This document shows positions 1-9,875 of a DNA stretch of 64,000 nucleotides, in pieces. The first letter of the stretch is position 1. Every line of letters begins with the position of its first letter. The notes beneath the pieces were generated by a model. That model was not told where the DNA came from and made no database searches. It worked only from the letters and a program-made list of their open reading frames with translations. Position numbers and translations under genes: made by a program. Origin of the DNA: Alphaproteobacteria bacterium (GTDB taxonomy: Bacteria > Pseudomonadota > Alphaproteobacteria > RF32 > CAG-239). The DNA is taken from the NCBI GenBank assembly GCA_017471705.1, contig JAFUSH010000040.1, positions 19,915-83,914 on the forward strand, read 5' to 3'.

Positions 1-616
1 TACTCTCTTCGCCTTTTAGCAAACGCTTTATATTGGCGTGATGTCTGACAATGACTAATATTGCGATTGCCGTGTAGAATACGGTATATATCGGCGGACA
101 AAGAAAAAAAGCAATTATCGGCACAACAGCGGCGGCAGTTAAAGCCGATAATGAAGAATAACGGAAAGCAAAAGCCATAAGCAACCATACAAAAAAAGCC
201 GATAAAGCTACAATCGGTTGTGTCATAAGAATAAATCCGAAAGATGAAGCAACCCCTTTTCCGCCTTTAAATTTGAGCCAAATCGGAAAATTATGCCCTA
301 AAATACCGCAGGTTCCTGCTATTAACGAAGCCAAATCGTTAAACATCAGCGGAAAATTTGTGTTATCACCGTTAATCGGAAAAACAGGAGTTAATTTATA
401 AGCGGTATAAGCGGCAATACCGGCTTTAAATGCGTCTAGCAACACGGTCAGTAGAGCCAGCCATTTGTTACCGGTTCGTAAAACATTGGTGGCTCCTATG
501 TTGCCGGAGCCGATTTTGCGAATGTCCCCGTAGCCGGCTAAGTAACATAAAACCAAGCCAAACGGGATAGAACCGATTAAATAACCGCCTAAAGCGCATA
601 AAATTAATATAAGCAT
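1..616 (-). CDS. plsY: Glycerol-3-phosphate acyltransferase PlsY. The 3' end runs off the window, so it is absent from the ORF track.
   Basis: My own reverse-strand translation starts at the ATG (rc of cat 614-616), which is preceded by AAGGGGA. It reads MLILILCALGGYLIGSIPFG...GSGNIGATNVLR...HNFPIWLKFKGGKGV...VRHHANIKRLLKGEES. The frame stays open to base 2. Confidence 0.85.
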   Translation of the reverse strand, partial: MLILILCALGGYLIGSIPFGLVLCYLAGYGDIRKIGSGNIGATNVLRTGNKWLALLTVLLDAFKAGIAAYTAYKLTPVFPINGDNTNFPLMFNDLASLIAGTCGILGHNFPIWLKFKGGKGVASSFGFILMTQPIVALSAFFVWLLMAFAFRYSSLSALTAAAVVPIIAFFLCPPIYTVFYTAIAILVIVRHHANIKRLLKGEES

Positions 617-778
617 ATTATTTCCCCTTAAAAATTTCCTAATTAGTAGCTTAATTCATAATTTTTTTCAATCAAATTTTATAAATAAGAAAAATTCTGT
701 TGAAAGGCTGTAAAATAATAATGACAATGTAAATAAAATTTGTAACATACTTAGTAGACTTTAAAAGGCGGAGTAAAA

Positions 779-1495
779 ATGAAACCTAAATTTAAGCGCG
801 TTATGCTGAAAATATCCGGAGAAGGATTAGCCGGAGCCGATGGAAGCGGTATTGATGCCGAAGTTATAACAAAAATAGCGTTGCAAATAAATGAATTGCA
901 TCAAGACGGGGTTCAGATTTGTATTGTGGCGGGCGGAGGTAATTTTTTCCGTGGTGCCAAAAGTGTCTGCACCGGAATGGATAGGAGCGTTGCCGATCAA
1001 ATCGGAATGCTGGCAACCGTGATGAATGCAATGGCTCTTAAATCTGCTTTGGAAGGATTGCTAATACCGATAAAAGTTTTTTCCGGAATAAGGGTTCCGC
1101 AAGTTTGTGATGATTATACTTTCAAAGAAGCATCGCGAGCAATGCTTGACGGAAATGTGCTGATTTTTGCCGGCGGTACCGGCAGTCCGTATTTTACTAC
1201 CGATACCGGCGCAGCTCTCAGAGCGATAGAGATGCATTGCGATATTTTGATGAAAGCAACACAGGTTGACGGGGTTTATGATGCCGATCCGCGTATAAAT
1301 CCAAACGCCGAAAGATACGATACAATAACGTTTTCCGAGGTTTTGGCAAAACACTTGAATGTTTTGGATATGACAGCGGTTTCAATGGCTGAAGCTGCAG
1401 ATTTGCCGGTAATGATTTTTGCCTTGAACGGGGAAAAATCCATTGTTGACGCGGTATATGGAAAAGAAAAATGCACAATTATCAAAAAACAGTGA
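779..1495 (+). CDS. pyrH: UMP kinase
   Basis: 238-aa ORF with KRVMLKISGE, GGGNFFRG and FAGGTGSPYFTTD motifs. SD is upstream, and the gene order is pyrH-frr. Confidence 0.95.
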   Translation: MKPKFKRVMLKISGEGLAGADGSGIDAEVITKIALQINELHQDGVQICIVAGGGNFFRGAKSVCTGMDRSVADQIGMLATVMNAMALKSALEGLLIPIKVFSGIRVPQVCDDYTFKEASRAMLDGNVLIFAGGTGSPYFTTDTGAALRAIEMHCDILMKATQVDGVYDADPRINPNAERYDTITFSEVLAKHLNVLDMTAVSMAEAADLPVMIFALNGEKSIVDAVYGKEKCTIIKKQ

Positions 1496-1502
1496 GGTTT
1501 AA

Positions 1503-2066
1503 ATGACTGATTACAATTCGTTAAAAAGTGATACGTTGGAAAGAATGGAAAAAACTGTTGATGCTCTGAAAAACGATTTCGGCGGGTTGCGCGCCGGCAG
1601 AGCTCACGCCAGTTTATTGGACGGTATTTTGGTGGAGGCATACGGCAGTATGACGCCGATTAGTCAGGTGGGGACCGTAAGTGTTCCGGATGCACGCACT
1701 TTATCCGTAAGCGTATGGGATAAAGGATTAGCTAAAAATGTGGAAAAAGCTTTGCGAGAGAGTGAATTGGGCTTGAATCCGATGTCTGATGGTCAGCTTA
1801 TTCGTATTCCTATTCCTCCGCTCAGTGAAGAACGTCGTAAGGAGTTGGTGAAAATCGCCGGAAAATATACGGAGCAAAGCAAAATAGCCATTCGTAACAT
1901 ACGCCGTGATGCTATGGACGAAGTTAAGAAAATGAAAAAAGATGCATTAATTTCCGAAGATGATGAAAAAAAATACAATAATGAAATTCAAAAATGGACA
2001 GATGATGCCGTAAAAAAAATTGATGAGCAATTTTCTGCCAAAGAACAGGATATTATGCAGGTATAA
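1503..2066 (+). CDS. frr: Ribosome recycling factor
   Basis: 187-aa ORF with LLDGILVEAYGS and LGLNPMSDGQLIRIPIPPLSEERR. It starts 7 nt after pyrH. Confidence 0.95.
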   Translation: MTDYNSLKSDTLERMEKTVDALKNDFGGLRAGRAHASLLDGILVEAYGSMTPISQVGTVSVPDARTLSVSVWDKGLAKNVEKALRESELGLNPMSDGQLIRIPIPPLSEERRKELVKIAGKYTEQSKIAIRNIRRDAMDEVKKMKKDALISEDDEKKYNNEIQKWTDDAVKKIDEQFSAKEQDIMQV

Positions 2067-2069
2067 GAT

Positions 2070-2777
2070 ATGGAAAGCGGAACCTCTGTAAATCATATAG
2101 CCTTTATAATGGATGGCAACCGTCGCTGGGCAAAGAAAAATAATTTGCCGATTGCGATGGGGCATCGTAAAGGAGCCGAAACTCTCACGGAAATTGCCAA
2201 AGTTGCCAAGAATATGGGTATTAAATATATGACGGTATACGCTTTCTCTACCGAAAATTGGGGTAGAGATATTTCAGAAGTCAATGCTTTAATGGACTTG
2301 TTGCGTCATTATCTGGACAGCGGTTTTAAGGAACTTCAGGAAAATGACGTGCGTATAATTTTTATCGGTGAAAAATATATGCTCGCTGATGATATAAGGC
2401 AAAAAATGTCTCAGATAGAAAAGCAAACCGCCGATAATAAATCTGCCACTTTATGTGTTGCTTTGAGCTACGGCAGCAGACAGGAAATAGTGCAGGCGGT
2501 GCGCAAAATTGCCGAAGAAGCAAAATCGGGAAAATTATCTCTCAGTGATATAAATATTGAGAAATTTACCGAATTTTTATACACAGATGGTATACCTGAC
2601 CCCGATTTGGTTATCAGAACCAGCGGAGAAAAGAGAATAAGTAACTATTTACTTTGGCAAACGGCGTATAGTGAGTTTTATTTTTCCGACACATTATGGC
2701 CTGATTTTTCCAAGGAAGAATTAAAAAGTATTATTGAAGACTATTCCAAGAGGGAGAGAAGATATGGTAAGTCGTAA
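2070..2777 (+). CDS. uppS: Undecaprenyl-diphosphate synthase (cis-prenyltransferase)
   Basis: Motifs HIAFIMDGNRRWA, YAFSTENW and RTSGEKRISNYLLWQ. Confidence 0.95.
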   Translation: MESGTSVNHIAFIMDGNRRWAKKNNLPIAMGHRKGAETLTEIAKVAKNMGIKYMTVYAFSTENWGRDISEVNALMDLLRHYLDSGFKELQENDVRIIFIGEKYMLADDIRQKMSQIEKQTADNKSATLCVALSYGSRQEIVQAVRKIAEEAKSGKLSLSDINIEKFTEFLYTDGIPDPDLVIRTSGEKRISNYLLWQTAYSEFYFSDTLWPDFSKEELKSIIEDYSKRERRYGKS

Positions 2778-3672
2778 ATTTGGAGCCATAGTTAAAAGAA
2801 TTTTAGCCGCAATTGTGATGATTCCGATTGCGATTGTGACTTTATACGTGGGAAGTCCGTATGTTGAAGTCTTGGCTATTATAGTTGGCAGTTTACTTGC
2901 GTGGGAATGGGCAAATATGCTCTCGGTTCCTCATAGAACCTCCTATTATGTAACTGCGTATATAATGAGCTTGGCTATTGCAATATGGAGCTACAATTTT
3001 TCGGTTATATTGACGATGACGGCAGTTATTTCGGCGGTCGTGTGGTTTATTTCCGAAAGAGAAAAACATCGTCGTTTGCTCACGTTGGGAGTGATGTATA
3101 TATCTATAGGTATCGCCTCTCTTATTTGGATGTATCGCTCATTTGATCCGAGCGAAGGAAATTTTGATCCTCGTTATAATTACAGCTTTATTATGACGGC
3201 GTGGTTTTTCCTGATGGTGTGGAGTATGGATATAGGGGGGTTGGTAGTTGGATGCAATTTACGCGGTCCGAAATTAGCTCCGAAAATAAGTCCCAATAAA
3301 ACTTGGTCGGGATTGTGCGGCGGTGTATTGTTAGCTATGTCGGTGAGTATAATATTTATGTATTTCTGCACACAGGTTATGGAAATACCGTTTTATGACT
3401 TTTCTAAATTCCGTTATATTTCTTTTTCATACCGTCCGCTTGAAATTCGTTATGAATGGAATGTTAATTCGCAAATGTTTTATGCTTTGATGGCGGCGGT
3501 TGTTGCACTTTTGGCGCAAGCAGGTGATTTGGTGGAATCGGCAATTAAACGTCTGGTCGGGGTAAAAGACTCTTCTAAATTAATTCCGGGACACGGCGGG
3601 GTGTTTGATCGTATCGATGGTCTGATTTTTGCCGCTCCGTTTGTTTATTTGTTCTTTATGTATATTTTATAG
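2764..3672 (+). CDS. cdsA: Phosphatidate cytidylyltransferase
   Basis: Polytopic protein ending in KRLVGVKDSSKLIPGHGGVFDRIDG (CTP-transferase signature). I moved the start from the track's 2734 to ATG 2764, which lies behind a GGGAGAG SD and overlaps uppS by 14 nt. Confidence 0.85.
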   Translation: MVSRKFGAIVKRILAAIVMIPIAIVTLYVGSPYVEVLAIIVGSLLAWEWANMLSVPHRTSYYVTAYIMSLAIAIWSYNFSVILTMTAVISAVVWFISEREKHRRLLTLGVMYISIGIASLIWMYRSFDPSEGNFDPRYNYSFIMTAWFFLMVWSMDIGGLVVGCNLRGPKLAPKISPNKTWSGLCGGVLLAMSVSIIFMYFCTQVMEIPFYDFSKFRYISFSYRPLEIRYEWNVNSQMFYALMAAVVALLAQAGDLVESAIKRLVGVKDSSKLIPGHGGVFDRIDGLIFAAPFVYLFFMYIL

Positions 3673-3684
3673 CGAGGTGTAATT

Positions 3685-5106
3685 ATGGAAATTTTGTCAA
3701 ACATTTTGTACTATGTTATTCCTTTTGTAGTTCTCTTAGGAATATTGGTATTTGTTCACGAGTTCGGGCATTTTATAGTGGCTCGTATGTTAGGAGTGAA
3801 AGTAGTTGCTTTTTCTATAGGTTTCGGCAAGGAATTATGGAGCCGTACCGATAAAAAAGGAACCTGTTGGAAAATTTCTGCCGTTCCGCTCGGCGGATAT
3901 TGTCAGTTTTTGGGAGATGCCGACGCATCATCTTCAACAACCAGTAAATCTTTGGCAAAATTATCCAAAAAGGAAAAAGCGATGGCGTTTCCTTTGCAAA
4001 AAACGTGGAAAAAACTGGCAATTGTTGTTGCCGGTCCGTTATTCAATTATATATTGGCGGTTCTAATTTTCATCGGTATTTTCTTTGCTTACGGTAAAAT
4101 TGTTCATCCTTCGGTAGTGGGAGGTGTTATTGACGGCAGTGCCGCCGCCGAAGCAGGAATAATGGTCGGAGATGAAATTTTAAGCATAAACGGAAAACCG
4201 ACACCTGATTTTCAAACTTTAAGCAATGAAGTAATGCTCAGCGAATCTGATGAAGCAGATGTTGAAGTCAAACGTCCTATTAATGTTTCTATGCAGACCG
4301 AACAAATTACTTATTGCGAATGCGGTGAGGAGAAAAACGGACAGATGATAGGTGTTCGCTCCATTCCTGCAGACAGGAACGAAGAGACCGGAGAGTTGTC
4401 GCCGGTTCCGGTGATTATTGACGAAGTGTTCCCTAACAGTCCGGCCGAAAAAGCGGGAATCGTTAAAGGTGATGTATTTGAAAGTATTAACGGCGTACAA
4501 TTGACATATTTTGATGATTTGAAAAAATATGTTGAGGAGCATAACGGTGAAAATTTAGATGTTAAAGGCCGTAGAATGCTTAATTTGAAGGTTGTGCTTA
4601 AGGATACGGATTTTGATAATGAAATCGGCGGTAAAAGCAAACGCAGAATGTTGGGAGTAAGTTCTACTCCGGAATTGGCTTTCAGCGAAAAAATGAGTTT
4701 TGTTGATGCGATTAAAGCCGGTTTTGAAGAAACATACAGTATAACCGCAGTAACTCTGCGCGGAGTTTGGCAAATGATTACCGGTCAACGCGGCGGACAA
4801 GATGTAGGCGGTATAATCCGCATAGCCGAAATGTCCGGAGATGTGAGCAAAACGGGCGGAATTATAGGGTTTATTTACTTTATGGCTCTTCTTTCGGTTA
4901 ATTTGGGATTGATTAATCTGTTCCCGATACCTGTCTTAGACGGCGGAAATATTGTCATTTTCTTGATTGAAATGGTGATAGGACGTGACTTAAAAGAAAA
5001 CATTAAGGATTATATTTTCAAATTCGGCTTGCTGATAATTTTGGCGATTATGCTGTTGGCAACGTGGAATGATATTCTGCATTTGGCAAGTCGTTGGTTT
5101 TACTAA
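3685..5106 (+). CDS. rseP: RIP zinc metalloprotease RseP (site-2 protease)
   Basis: N-terminal HEFGH motif in a TM helix, PDZ-like middle and C-terminal NLFPIPVLDGG. It occupies the conserved cdsA-rseP-bamA position. Confidence 0.9.
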   Translation: MEILSNILYYVIPFVVLLGILVFVHEFGHFIVARMLGVKVVAFSIGFGKELWSRTDKKGTCWKISAVPLGGYCQFLGDADASSSTTSKSLAKLSKKEKAMAFPLQKTWKKLAIVVAGPLFNYILAVLIFIGIFFAYGKIVHPSVVGGVIDGSAAAEAGIMVGDEILSINGKPTPDFQTLSNEVMLSESDEADVEVKRPINVSMQTEQITYCECGEEKNGQMIGVRSIPADRNEETGELSPVPVIIDEVFPNSPAEKAGIVKGDVFESINGVQLTYFDDLKKYVEEHNGENLDVKGRRMLNLKVVLKDTDFDNEIGGKSKRRMLGVSSTPELAFSEKMSFVDAIKAGFEETYSITAVTLRGVWQMITGQRGGQDVGGIIRIAEMSGDVSKTGGIIGFIYFMALLSVNLGLINLFPIPVLDGGNIVIFLIEMVIGRDLKENIKDYIFKFGLLIILAIMLLATWNDILHLASRWFY

Positions 5107-5120
5107 TAAGGAATTGAAGT

Positions 5121-7379
5121 ATGAAAAAAGTAGTTTATGTCGGATTAATGACGAGTTTGATGGCGTTTCAAGCCAATGCCGCAGATTTTTATGTGAAAAA
5201 TATTGAGGTTGACGGTTTGCAGCGTGTTGAGAAAGCAACAGTACTGTCATATTTGAATATTAAGCGTAATTCAAGTGTTTCACAAGATAAGTTGGACAGT
5301 TCTTTCAAAAATTTGTATGATACGGGTTTGTTCAGCGATATCAGTTTTGACACTGCAACCGCGAATGTGCTTAAAATTAATGTGAAAGAAAATCCGATTA
5401 TCGGTAAGCGCGCCTTTGACGGCAATGATAAAATAGATGATAAAATTTTGGAAACCGAAGTTCAACTCGGACCGCGCTCGGTTTACGACAAAGCCAAAGT
5501 ACAGCAAGATGTACAAAGAATTTTGGATGTTTATCGTAAAACCGGTCGTTATTCGGTTACGGTTGAGCCTAAGATTATTGAGCGTGAAGAAAACCGCGTG
5601 GATTTGATTTATGAAATTGATGAAGGTTCCGCTGCTAAGATTGATAAAATTAACTTTATCGGAAACACGCACTATACCGGTTCTGATTTGCAAGACGAAA
5701 TAATGAGCAAGGAAAGTCGCTGGTACCGCATTTTCAGTTCAGCTGAAGATTATGATGCCGAAAAAATGGATTATGATAAGGAGTTGCTCAGACGCTTTTA
5801 TACAAATCGCGGTTATGCTGATTTTTACGTACAGACGGCAATGGCAGAATTAAGTGAAGATCACAAATCTTTTGTGCTTACGTTTAATTTGTATGAAGGT
5901 CCTCGTTATAAGGTTAAAGATATTAAAATAGTATCTAATATAGAAGGCGTTGATACTCGGAGTCTGTACGATGATTTGGAAATTGAAAAAGGTGATTGGT
6001 ACAATGCTCAATCAATAGAAAAATCAATTGCCGAAATGACCGACAGTTTGGGTAAAAAAGGTTTTGCGTTTGTTGATATTTCTACCGAATTGGGACGTGA
6101 TGCCGAAAAAGGAGAGATAGATATTATCTTCAATATTGATGAAAGTGAACGTATTTTTGTTAACCGTATTAATATTACCGGAAATGACCGCACGGAAGAT
6201 GAGGTAATCCGCCGTGAATTTCGTCTGGATGAAGGTGATGCTTTGAATATATCCAAACTTAGAGATTCGCGCAGAAATGTTGAAAATTTAAATTATTTCA
6301 GCAAAATAGATATTCAAACAGATATTGTTGATGAAAATAAAGCGGATTTAAATGTTAACGTAGAAGAAAAATCTACCGGATATTTCAATATAGGTGTCGG
6401 TTATTCAACGACTAACGGCGCTTTGTTCAGAGCCGGTGTTACGGAAAATAATTTCCGCGGAAAAGGACAGGAAATCGGCTTTAATGTAGGAATTTCTCAG
6501 CGTAACAAGGATTATAATATCAGCTTTACGGAACCGTATTTTCTCGGTCGCCGTTTGAGTGCGGGTATTGATTTGTTTATGGAAGATCAGGATTATGAAG
6601 ATGAGGCTTCATACGATACCAGAACTATCGGGGGCCGGACCAGATTTGGTTGGAATTATACCGATAATTTATATCACTTAGCCCGCTATACGCTTAGTAC
6701 TTCCGATATCAAGAACGTAAAGGAATACGCTTCCGAATATGTTAAGGCTGAAAAAGGTAAAGCGACCACTTCGGCGGTGGGGCAGACTCTTATTTATGAT
6801 AAGCGCGACAGCAGCATAAATACTAAAGAAGGTTATTACTTATCGTTTGGTCACGATATATCCGGTTTAGGCGGAGATACAAAGTATAATCGTTTTGATG
6901 CCAAGGCGTATAAATTCTACACGGTGGCTGATTATTATACTTTCAAATTCTTCACCACCGGCGGCTATATAGTCGGTTACGGCGGAAAAGATATTCGTAT
7001 GTCCGATCGTTATTATCTCGGCGGTAATAATATGCGCGGTTTTGAGGTTGCCGGTATCGGCGCCCGCGATAAGGTTACCGATGATGCTTTAGGCGGTAAC
7101 TGGATGATGTATTCGGGGGCAGAGATGACCTTCCCTATCGGATTGGATGAATTGGGAATTAAAGGTCGTACTTTCTGGGATATCGGCGCATTAGGTAAAC
7201 CGGATAACTATAATGCGCAAAAAATTAATTACTCTTCCAAAATCAGACAGTCAATCGGTTTCGGTTTTGATTGGATGTCGCCGATGGGTAAAATTAATAT
7301 TGACTTCGGGTTCCCGATTGTTAAAGAACGCTATGATGAAACAGAAGTGTTCCGTTTGAATTTCGGTACCAGTTTATAG
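5121..7379 (+). CDS. bamA: Outer membrane protein assembly factor BamA
   Basis: 752 aa with a signal peptide (MAFQANA), POTRA-type N-terminal repeats and a C-terminal beta-barrel. Conserved neighbourhood. Confidence 0.95.
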   Translation: MKKVVYVGLMTSLMAFQANAADFYVKNIEVDGLQRVEKATVLSYLNIKRNSSVSQDKLDSSFKNLYDTGLFSDISFDTATANVLKINVKENPIIGKRAFDGNDKIDDKILETEVQLGPRSVYDKAKVQQDVQRILDVYRKTGRYSVTVEPKIIEREENRVDLIYEIDEGSAAKIDKINFIGNTHYTGSDLQDEIMSKESRWYRIFSSAEDYDAEKMDYDKELLRRFYTNRGYADFYVQTAMAELSEDHKSFVLTFNLYEGPRYKVKDIKIVSNIEGVDTRSLYDDLEIEKGDWYNAQSIEKSIAEMTDSLGKKGFAFVDISTELGRDAEKGEIDIIFNIDESERIFVNRINITGNDRTEDEVIRREFRLDEGDALNISKLRDSRRNVENLNYFSKIDIQTDIVDENKADLNVNVEEKSTGYFNIGVGYSTTNGALFRAGVTENNFRGKGQEIGFNVGISQRNKDYNISFTEPYFLGRRLSAGIDLFMEDQDYEDEASYDTRTIGGRTRFGWNYTDNLYHLARYTLSTSDIKNVKEYASEYVKAEKGKATTSAVGQTLIYDKRDSSINTKEGYYLSFGHDISGLGGDTKYNRFDAKAYKFYTVADYYTFKFFTTGGYIVGYGGKDIRMSDRYYLGGNNMRGFEVAGIGARDKVTDDALGGNWMMYSGAEMTFPIGLDELGIKGRTFWDIGALGKPDNYNAQKINYSSKIRQSIGFGFDWMSPMGKINIDFGFPIVKERYDETEVFRLNFGTSL

Positions 7380-7388
7380 GAGAAAAAT

Positions 7389-8402
7389 ATGGTCGACAGC
7401 ACTTTTTATGCAGTGAAAGAGAATGTTACTTTGGCCGATGTGGTCAAAGTAACTTCTTCTGCTTTGACAGATGAAAGCAAACAAAATGAAAAGATAGCAC
7501 ACATTGCCACTATGGTATCTGCCGGCGAGAAAGATATTTGTTTTTTTTATGATCGCAAAGGTAAGGAAAAAGCAGCCGAAATTAAAGCTAAAGCTTGCGT
7601 TACTACCGAAGAATTAAAACAATTTGTTCCGCAGAATGTGATTGTTCTAATCAACGAGAATCCGAAAATTGCATTTATTAAATTGAACGAATATATGTAT
7701 GCCGAAAAAAAACCGGTTGCCGGTATTGATGCCACGGCTAAAATTGCTGAGAGTGCCAAAATCGGGCAAAACTGCCATATCGGCGCAAACGTGGTGGTGG
7801 AAGATAATGTTGAAATCGGTGATAATTGTATAATTGAACCGAATACGGTTATTTGCCACGATTGCAAAATCGGAAAAAATTGCAAAATAGGCAGTAATGC
7901 CTCCATTGCGTACAGCATAATAGGTGATAATTGCTACATATATACCGGTGCACGTATCGGATTTGACGGTTTCGGTTTTCAGCTTATGAATTATCAGCAT
8001 CACCGTATTCCGCAATTGGGGCGTGTTATTATCGGCAACGATGTGGAAATAGGCGCAAATACGTGTATTGACAGAGGGGCTCTTGATGACACGGTTATCG
8101 GTGACGGAAGCCGCATAGATAATTTGGTGCAGATTGCTCATAATGATAAGCTGGGACGCGGTTGTGTGATAGTTGCTCAGGTGGGAATTGCCGGCAGCTG
8201 TACCTTGGGCGATTTTGTTGTTTTGGGCGGACAAGTCGGTTTGGCTGACCACTTAAATATCGGCAGCGGCGCGCAAATTGCCGCGCAATCCGGTGCGATG
8301 CGCGATGTTGAAGCCGGAGCGGTGGTAATGGGTTCTCCGTGCGTTCCGTTTAAAGATTTTATGCGTCAGGTTTCATTTTTACAGAAAAATTCTAAAAAAT
8401 AG
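7389..8402 (+). CDS. lpxD: UDP-3-O-acylglucosamine N-acyltransferase
   Basis: Left-handed beta-helix hexapeptide repeats (IGxNxxI periodicity), in bamA-lpxD-fabZ order. Confidence 0.95.
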   Translation: MVDSTFYAVKENVTLADVVKVTSSALTDESKQNEKIAHIATMVSAGEKDICFFYDRKGKEKAAEIKAKACVTTEELKQFVPQNVIVLINENPKIAFIKLNEYMYAEKKPVAGIDATAKIAESAKIGQNCHIGANVVVEDNVEIGDNCIIEPNTVICHDCKIGKNCKIGSNASIAYSIIGDNCYIYTGARIGFDGFGFQLMNYQHHRIPQLGRVIIGNDVEIGANTCIDRGALDDTVIGDGSRIDNLVQIAHNDKLGRGCVIVAQVGIAGSCTLGDFVVLGGQVGLADHLNIGSGAQIAAQSGAMRDVEAGAVVMGSPCVPFKDFMRQVSFLQKNSKK

Positions 8403-8410
8403 AGGAAAAA

Positions 8411-8857
8411 ATGTCAGAAAATAAAATTTATAATATTGATGAAATTATGAAAATGCTTCCGCATCGTTATCCTTTTTTGTTGGTTGACAGATTGGAAGTT
8501 GAAGAAGCAGGCGTTAAAGGAATTGGTTTGAAAAATTTAACAATGAATGAGTTGTTTTTCCAAGGACATTTTCCCAATAATCCGATTATGCCGGGGGTTT
8601 TGCAGATAGAAGCAATGGCGCAGACGGCCGGTTGTATTGTTATGAGTGCTGATGAAAATTATGCTGAAAATAAGCGCAGCGTGCTGTTTATGTCGGTTGA
8701 AGGCGTAAAGTTCCGTAAGCCGGTGCGTCCGGGGGATCAGCTCAAAATGCACTTGGAAAAAATCAGGGAACGCCGCAATATATTTGTATTTAAAGGTGTA
8801 TCAACGGTTGACGGACAAGTGGTGTCGGAAGCTGAATTGACGGCGATGATTATATAA
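8411..8857 (+). CDS. fabZ: 3-hydroxyacyl-ACP dehydratase
   Basis: LPHRYPFLLVDR and FFQGHFPNNPIMPGV hot-dog motifs. Confidence 0.95.
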   Translation: MSENKIYNIDEIMKMLPHRYPFLLVDRLEVEEAGVKGIGLKNLTMNELFFQGHFPNNPIMPGVLQIEAMAQTAGCIVMSADENYAENKRSVLFMSVEGVKFRKPVRPGDQLKMHLEKIRERRNIFVFKGVSTVDGQVVSEAELTAMII

Positions 8858-8879
8858 AAAAATTGTCAGTATCGTTTAC

Positions 8880-8924
8880 AAGGGTTTTTCCTGAATGCTA
8901 GGCGTAACGGAAAAATCCTTTTTT
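8880..8924 (+). terminator. Intrinsic terminator after fabZ
   Basis: AAGGGTTTTTCC (8880-8891) pairs with GGAAAAATCCTT (8909-8920) with one G-U pair. A T6 run follows. Confidence 0.6.
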
Positions 8925-8977
8925 ATTGTGCCGGAAGTTTTCTGCTTGCAATTATTTACAATTAATATAATATAACT

Positions 8978-9133
8978 TTTGCAGGCGAGAGGTCGTCTGC
9001 GGAGTATCGTAACTCCTTCCAATAGAATAACTCCTCAGAACGGGGAGCTTGCTGAATATGTTGAATAAGCAGGACTGGCTATTGGCAGTTACGAACTCCC
9101 CACCTTGAAGTGATTTAAGGTGGTTTTTGTTTT
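8978..9133 (+). ncRNA. Candidate structured small RNA or transcribed leader, family not recognised
   Basis: A TATAAT box lies near 8966-8971. The following ~150 nt are noticeably more GC-rich than the flanks and form serial hairpins. The first is 8981-9000, an 8-bp stem with a GAGG loop. The second is 9001-9016, GGAGT/ACTCC. A long-range GGGGAG (9042-9047) can pair with CTCCCC (9096-9101). The segment ends in CCACCTT(10 nt)AAGGTGG at 9100-9123 plus TTTTTGTTTT. Confidence 0.35.
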
Positions 9134-9156
9134 AACAAAAGCAAATAAGGAAGTTT

Positions 9157-9390
9157 ATGACAATGTCAAAGAGAGAATATTTGGTCGATAAGCAAACAAT
9201 GAAAGAAATCGGCTATGAACTGTGGAAAATGCGGGTTGAAAGAAATATGTTTCTGCATCAGGTAACTATGCGCACCGGCATACCGGCACGCGATATAGAG
9301 GGAATGGAAATGGGGCGTTATGTGCGTTATCGGTATTTACGGGGGTTAATAGCTTTTTACGGTAAAGAAATGAAAATAATTTTCGAATGA
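9157..9390 (+). CDS. Small XRE-family helix-turn-helix protein
   Basis: 77 aa. IGYELWKMRVERNMFLHQVTMRTGIPARDIEGMEMG fits the HTH_3 pattern. An AAGGAAG SD lies upstream. Confidence 0.7.
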   Translation: MTMSKREYLVDKQTMKEIGYELWKMRVERNMFLHQVTMRTGIPARDIEGMEMGRYVRYRYLRGLIAFYGKEMKIIFE

Positions 9391-9402
9391 AATAGAAAAA
9401 AC

Positions 9403-9435
9403 TTGACAAAATATTTTTATAAGCTAACATAGCTT
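9403..9435 (+). promoter_or_regulatory. Sigma70-like promoter (TTGACA-16-TAACAT) with an overlapping 6-3-6 palindrome, AAGCTA-aca-TAGCTT
   Basis: TTGACA is at 9403-9408, TAACAT at 9425-9430 and the palindrome at 9421-9435. It sits 30 nt upstream of the GC-rich ORF. Confidence 0.4.
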
Positions 9436-9465
9436 ATATTTCCTAACTTTTAATTATAAATAATT

Positions 9466-9834
9466 ATGAACGAAAACAAAAAGATGTTCGGACGCTCGTA
9501 CGTCCCCGTAAAGAACACAGTGATTCTTGCCTACTTCCAGTATGATGAGGCAGGCAAAGTATTTTACACGATGAAGGCGGTCGGCAAGCTCATCAACCGC
9601 AAGAAGCCGATATCTCCGGAGAATGTGGAGGTTTTCGACAAGCACGGAGCTTTCTACCTCTACAGCGATGAACCTCTGATGACGGTTGACGGTAAGCAGC
9701 GGTGTCTGCCCAAGGCGGTGCTGACCTGCGCTCTATCCGATGACCCGAAGGAGCTTGAGAACGCTCTGGCGAAGCTGGCCGGTATTTTGCGTCACTCGCG
9801 TCCCTTTACGAAGGTGTATAATGAAGTCCGCTAA
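9466..9834 (+). CDS. Hypothetical 122-aa protein, compositionally foreign (GC-rich cassette 1)
   Basis: Complete ORF bracketed by its own promoter and terminator. Hand-counted GC is 50-62% per 60-nt line, and 12 of 14 Lys codons are AAG. There is no SD and I recognise no family. Confidence 0.7.
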   Translation: MNENKKMFGRSYVPVKNTVILAYFQYDEAGKVFYTMKAVGKLINRKKPISPENVEVFDKHGAFYLYSDEPLMTVDGKQRCLPKAVLTCALSDDPKELENALAKLAGILRHSRPFTKVYNEVR

Positions 9835-9839
9835 CCGTT

Positions 9840-9875
9840 ACTCTCCCGACCTTAACCGGTCCGGAGAGTTTTTTT
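9840..9875 (+). terminator. Intrinsic terminator of GC-rich cassette 1
   Basis: ACTCTCCcGACC / GGTCcGGAGAGT stem with one C-C mismatch and a 6-nt loop, followed by T7. Confidence 0.7.

Noticed and set aside
7647-8252. 201-aa ORF on the minus strand inside lpxD
   Set aside because: It lies fully inside the strongly supported lpxD hexapeptide-repeat gene. Periodic repeats commonly keep antisense frames open. It has no SD and a low-complexity translation.
8978-9133. Structured RNA as SRP (4.5S), 6S, tmRNA or RNase P RNA
   Set aside because: There is no GGAA-capped domain IV with AGCA/GGAAG motifs. There is no tRNA-like GGTTCGAATCC...CCA end. It is too short for RNase P, and I found no long closing stem with a central bubble typical of 6S.
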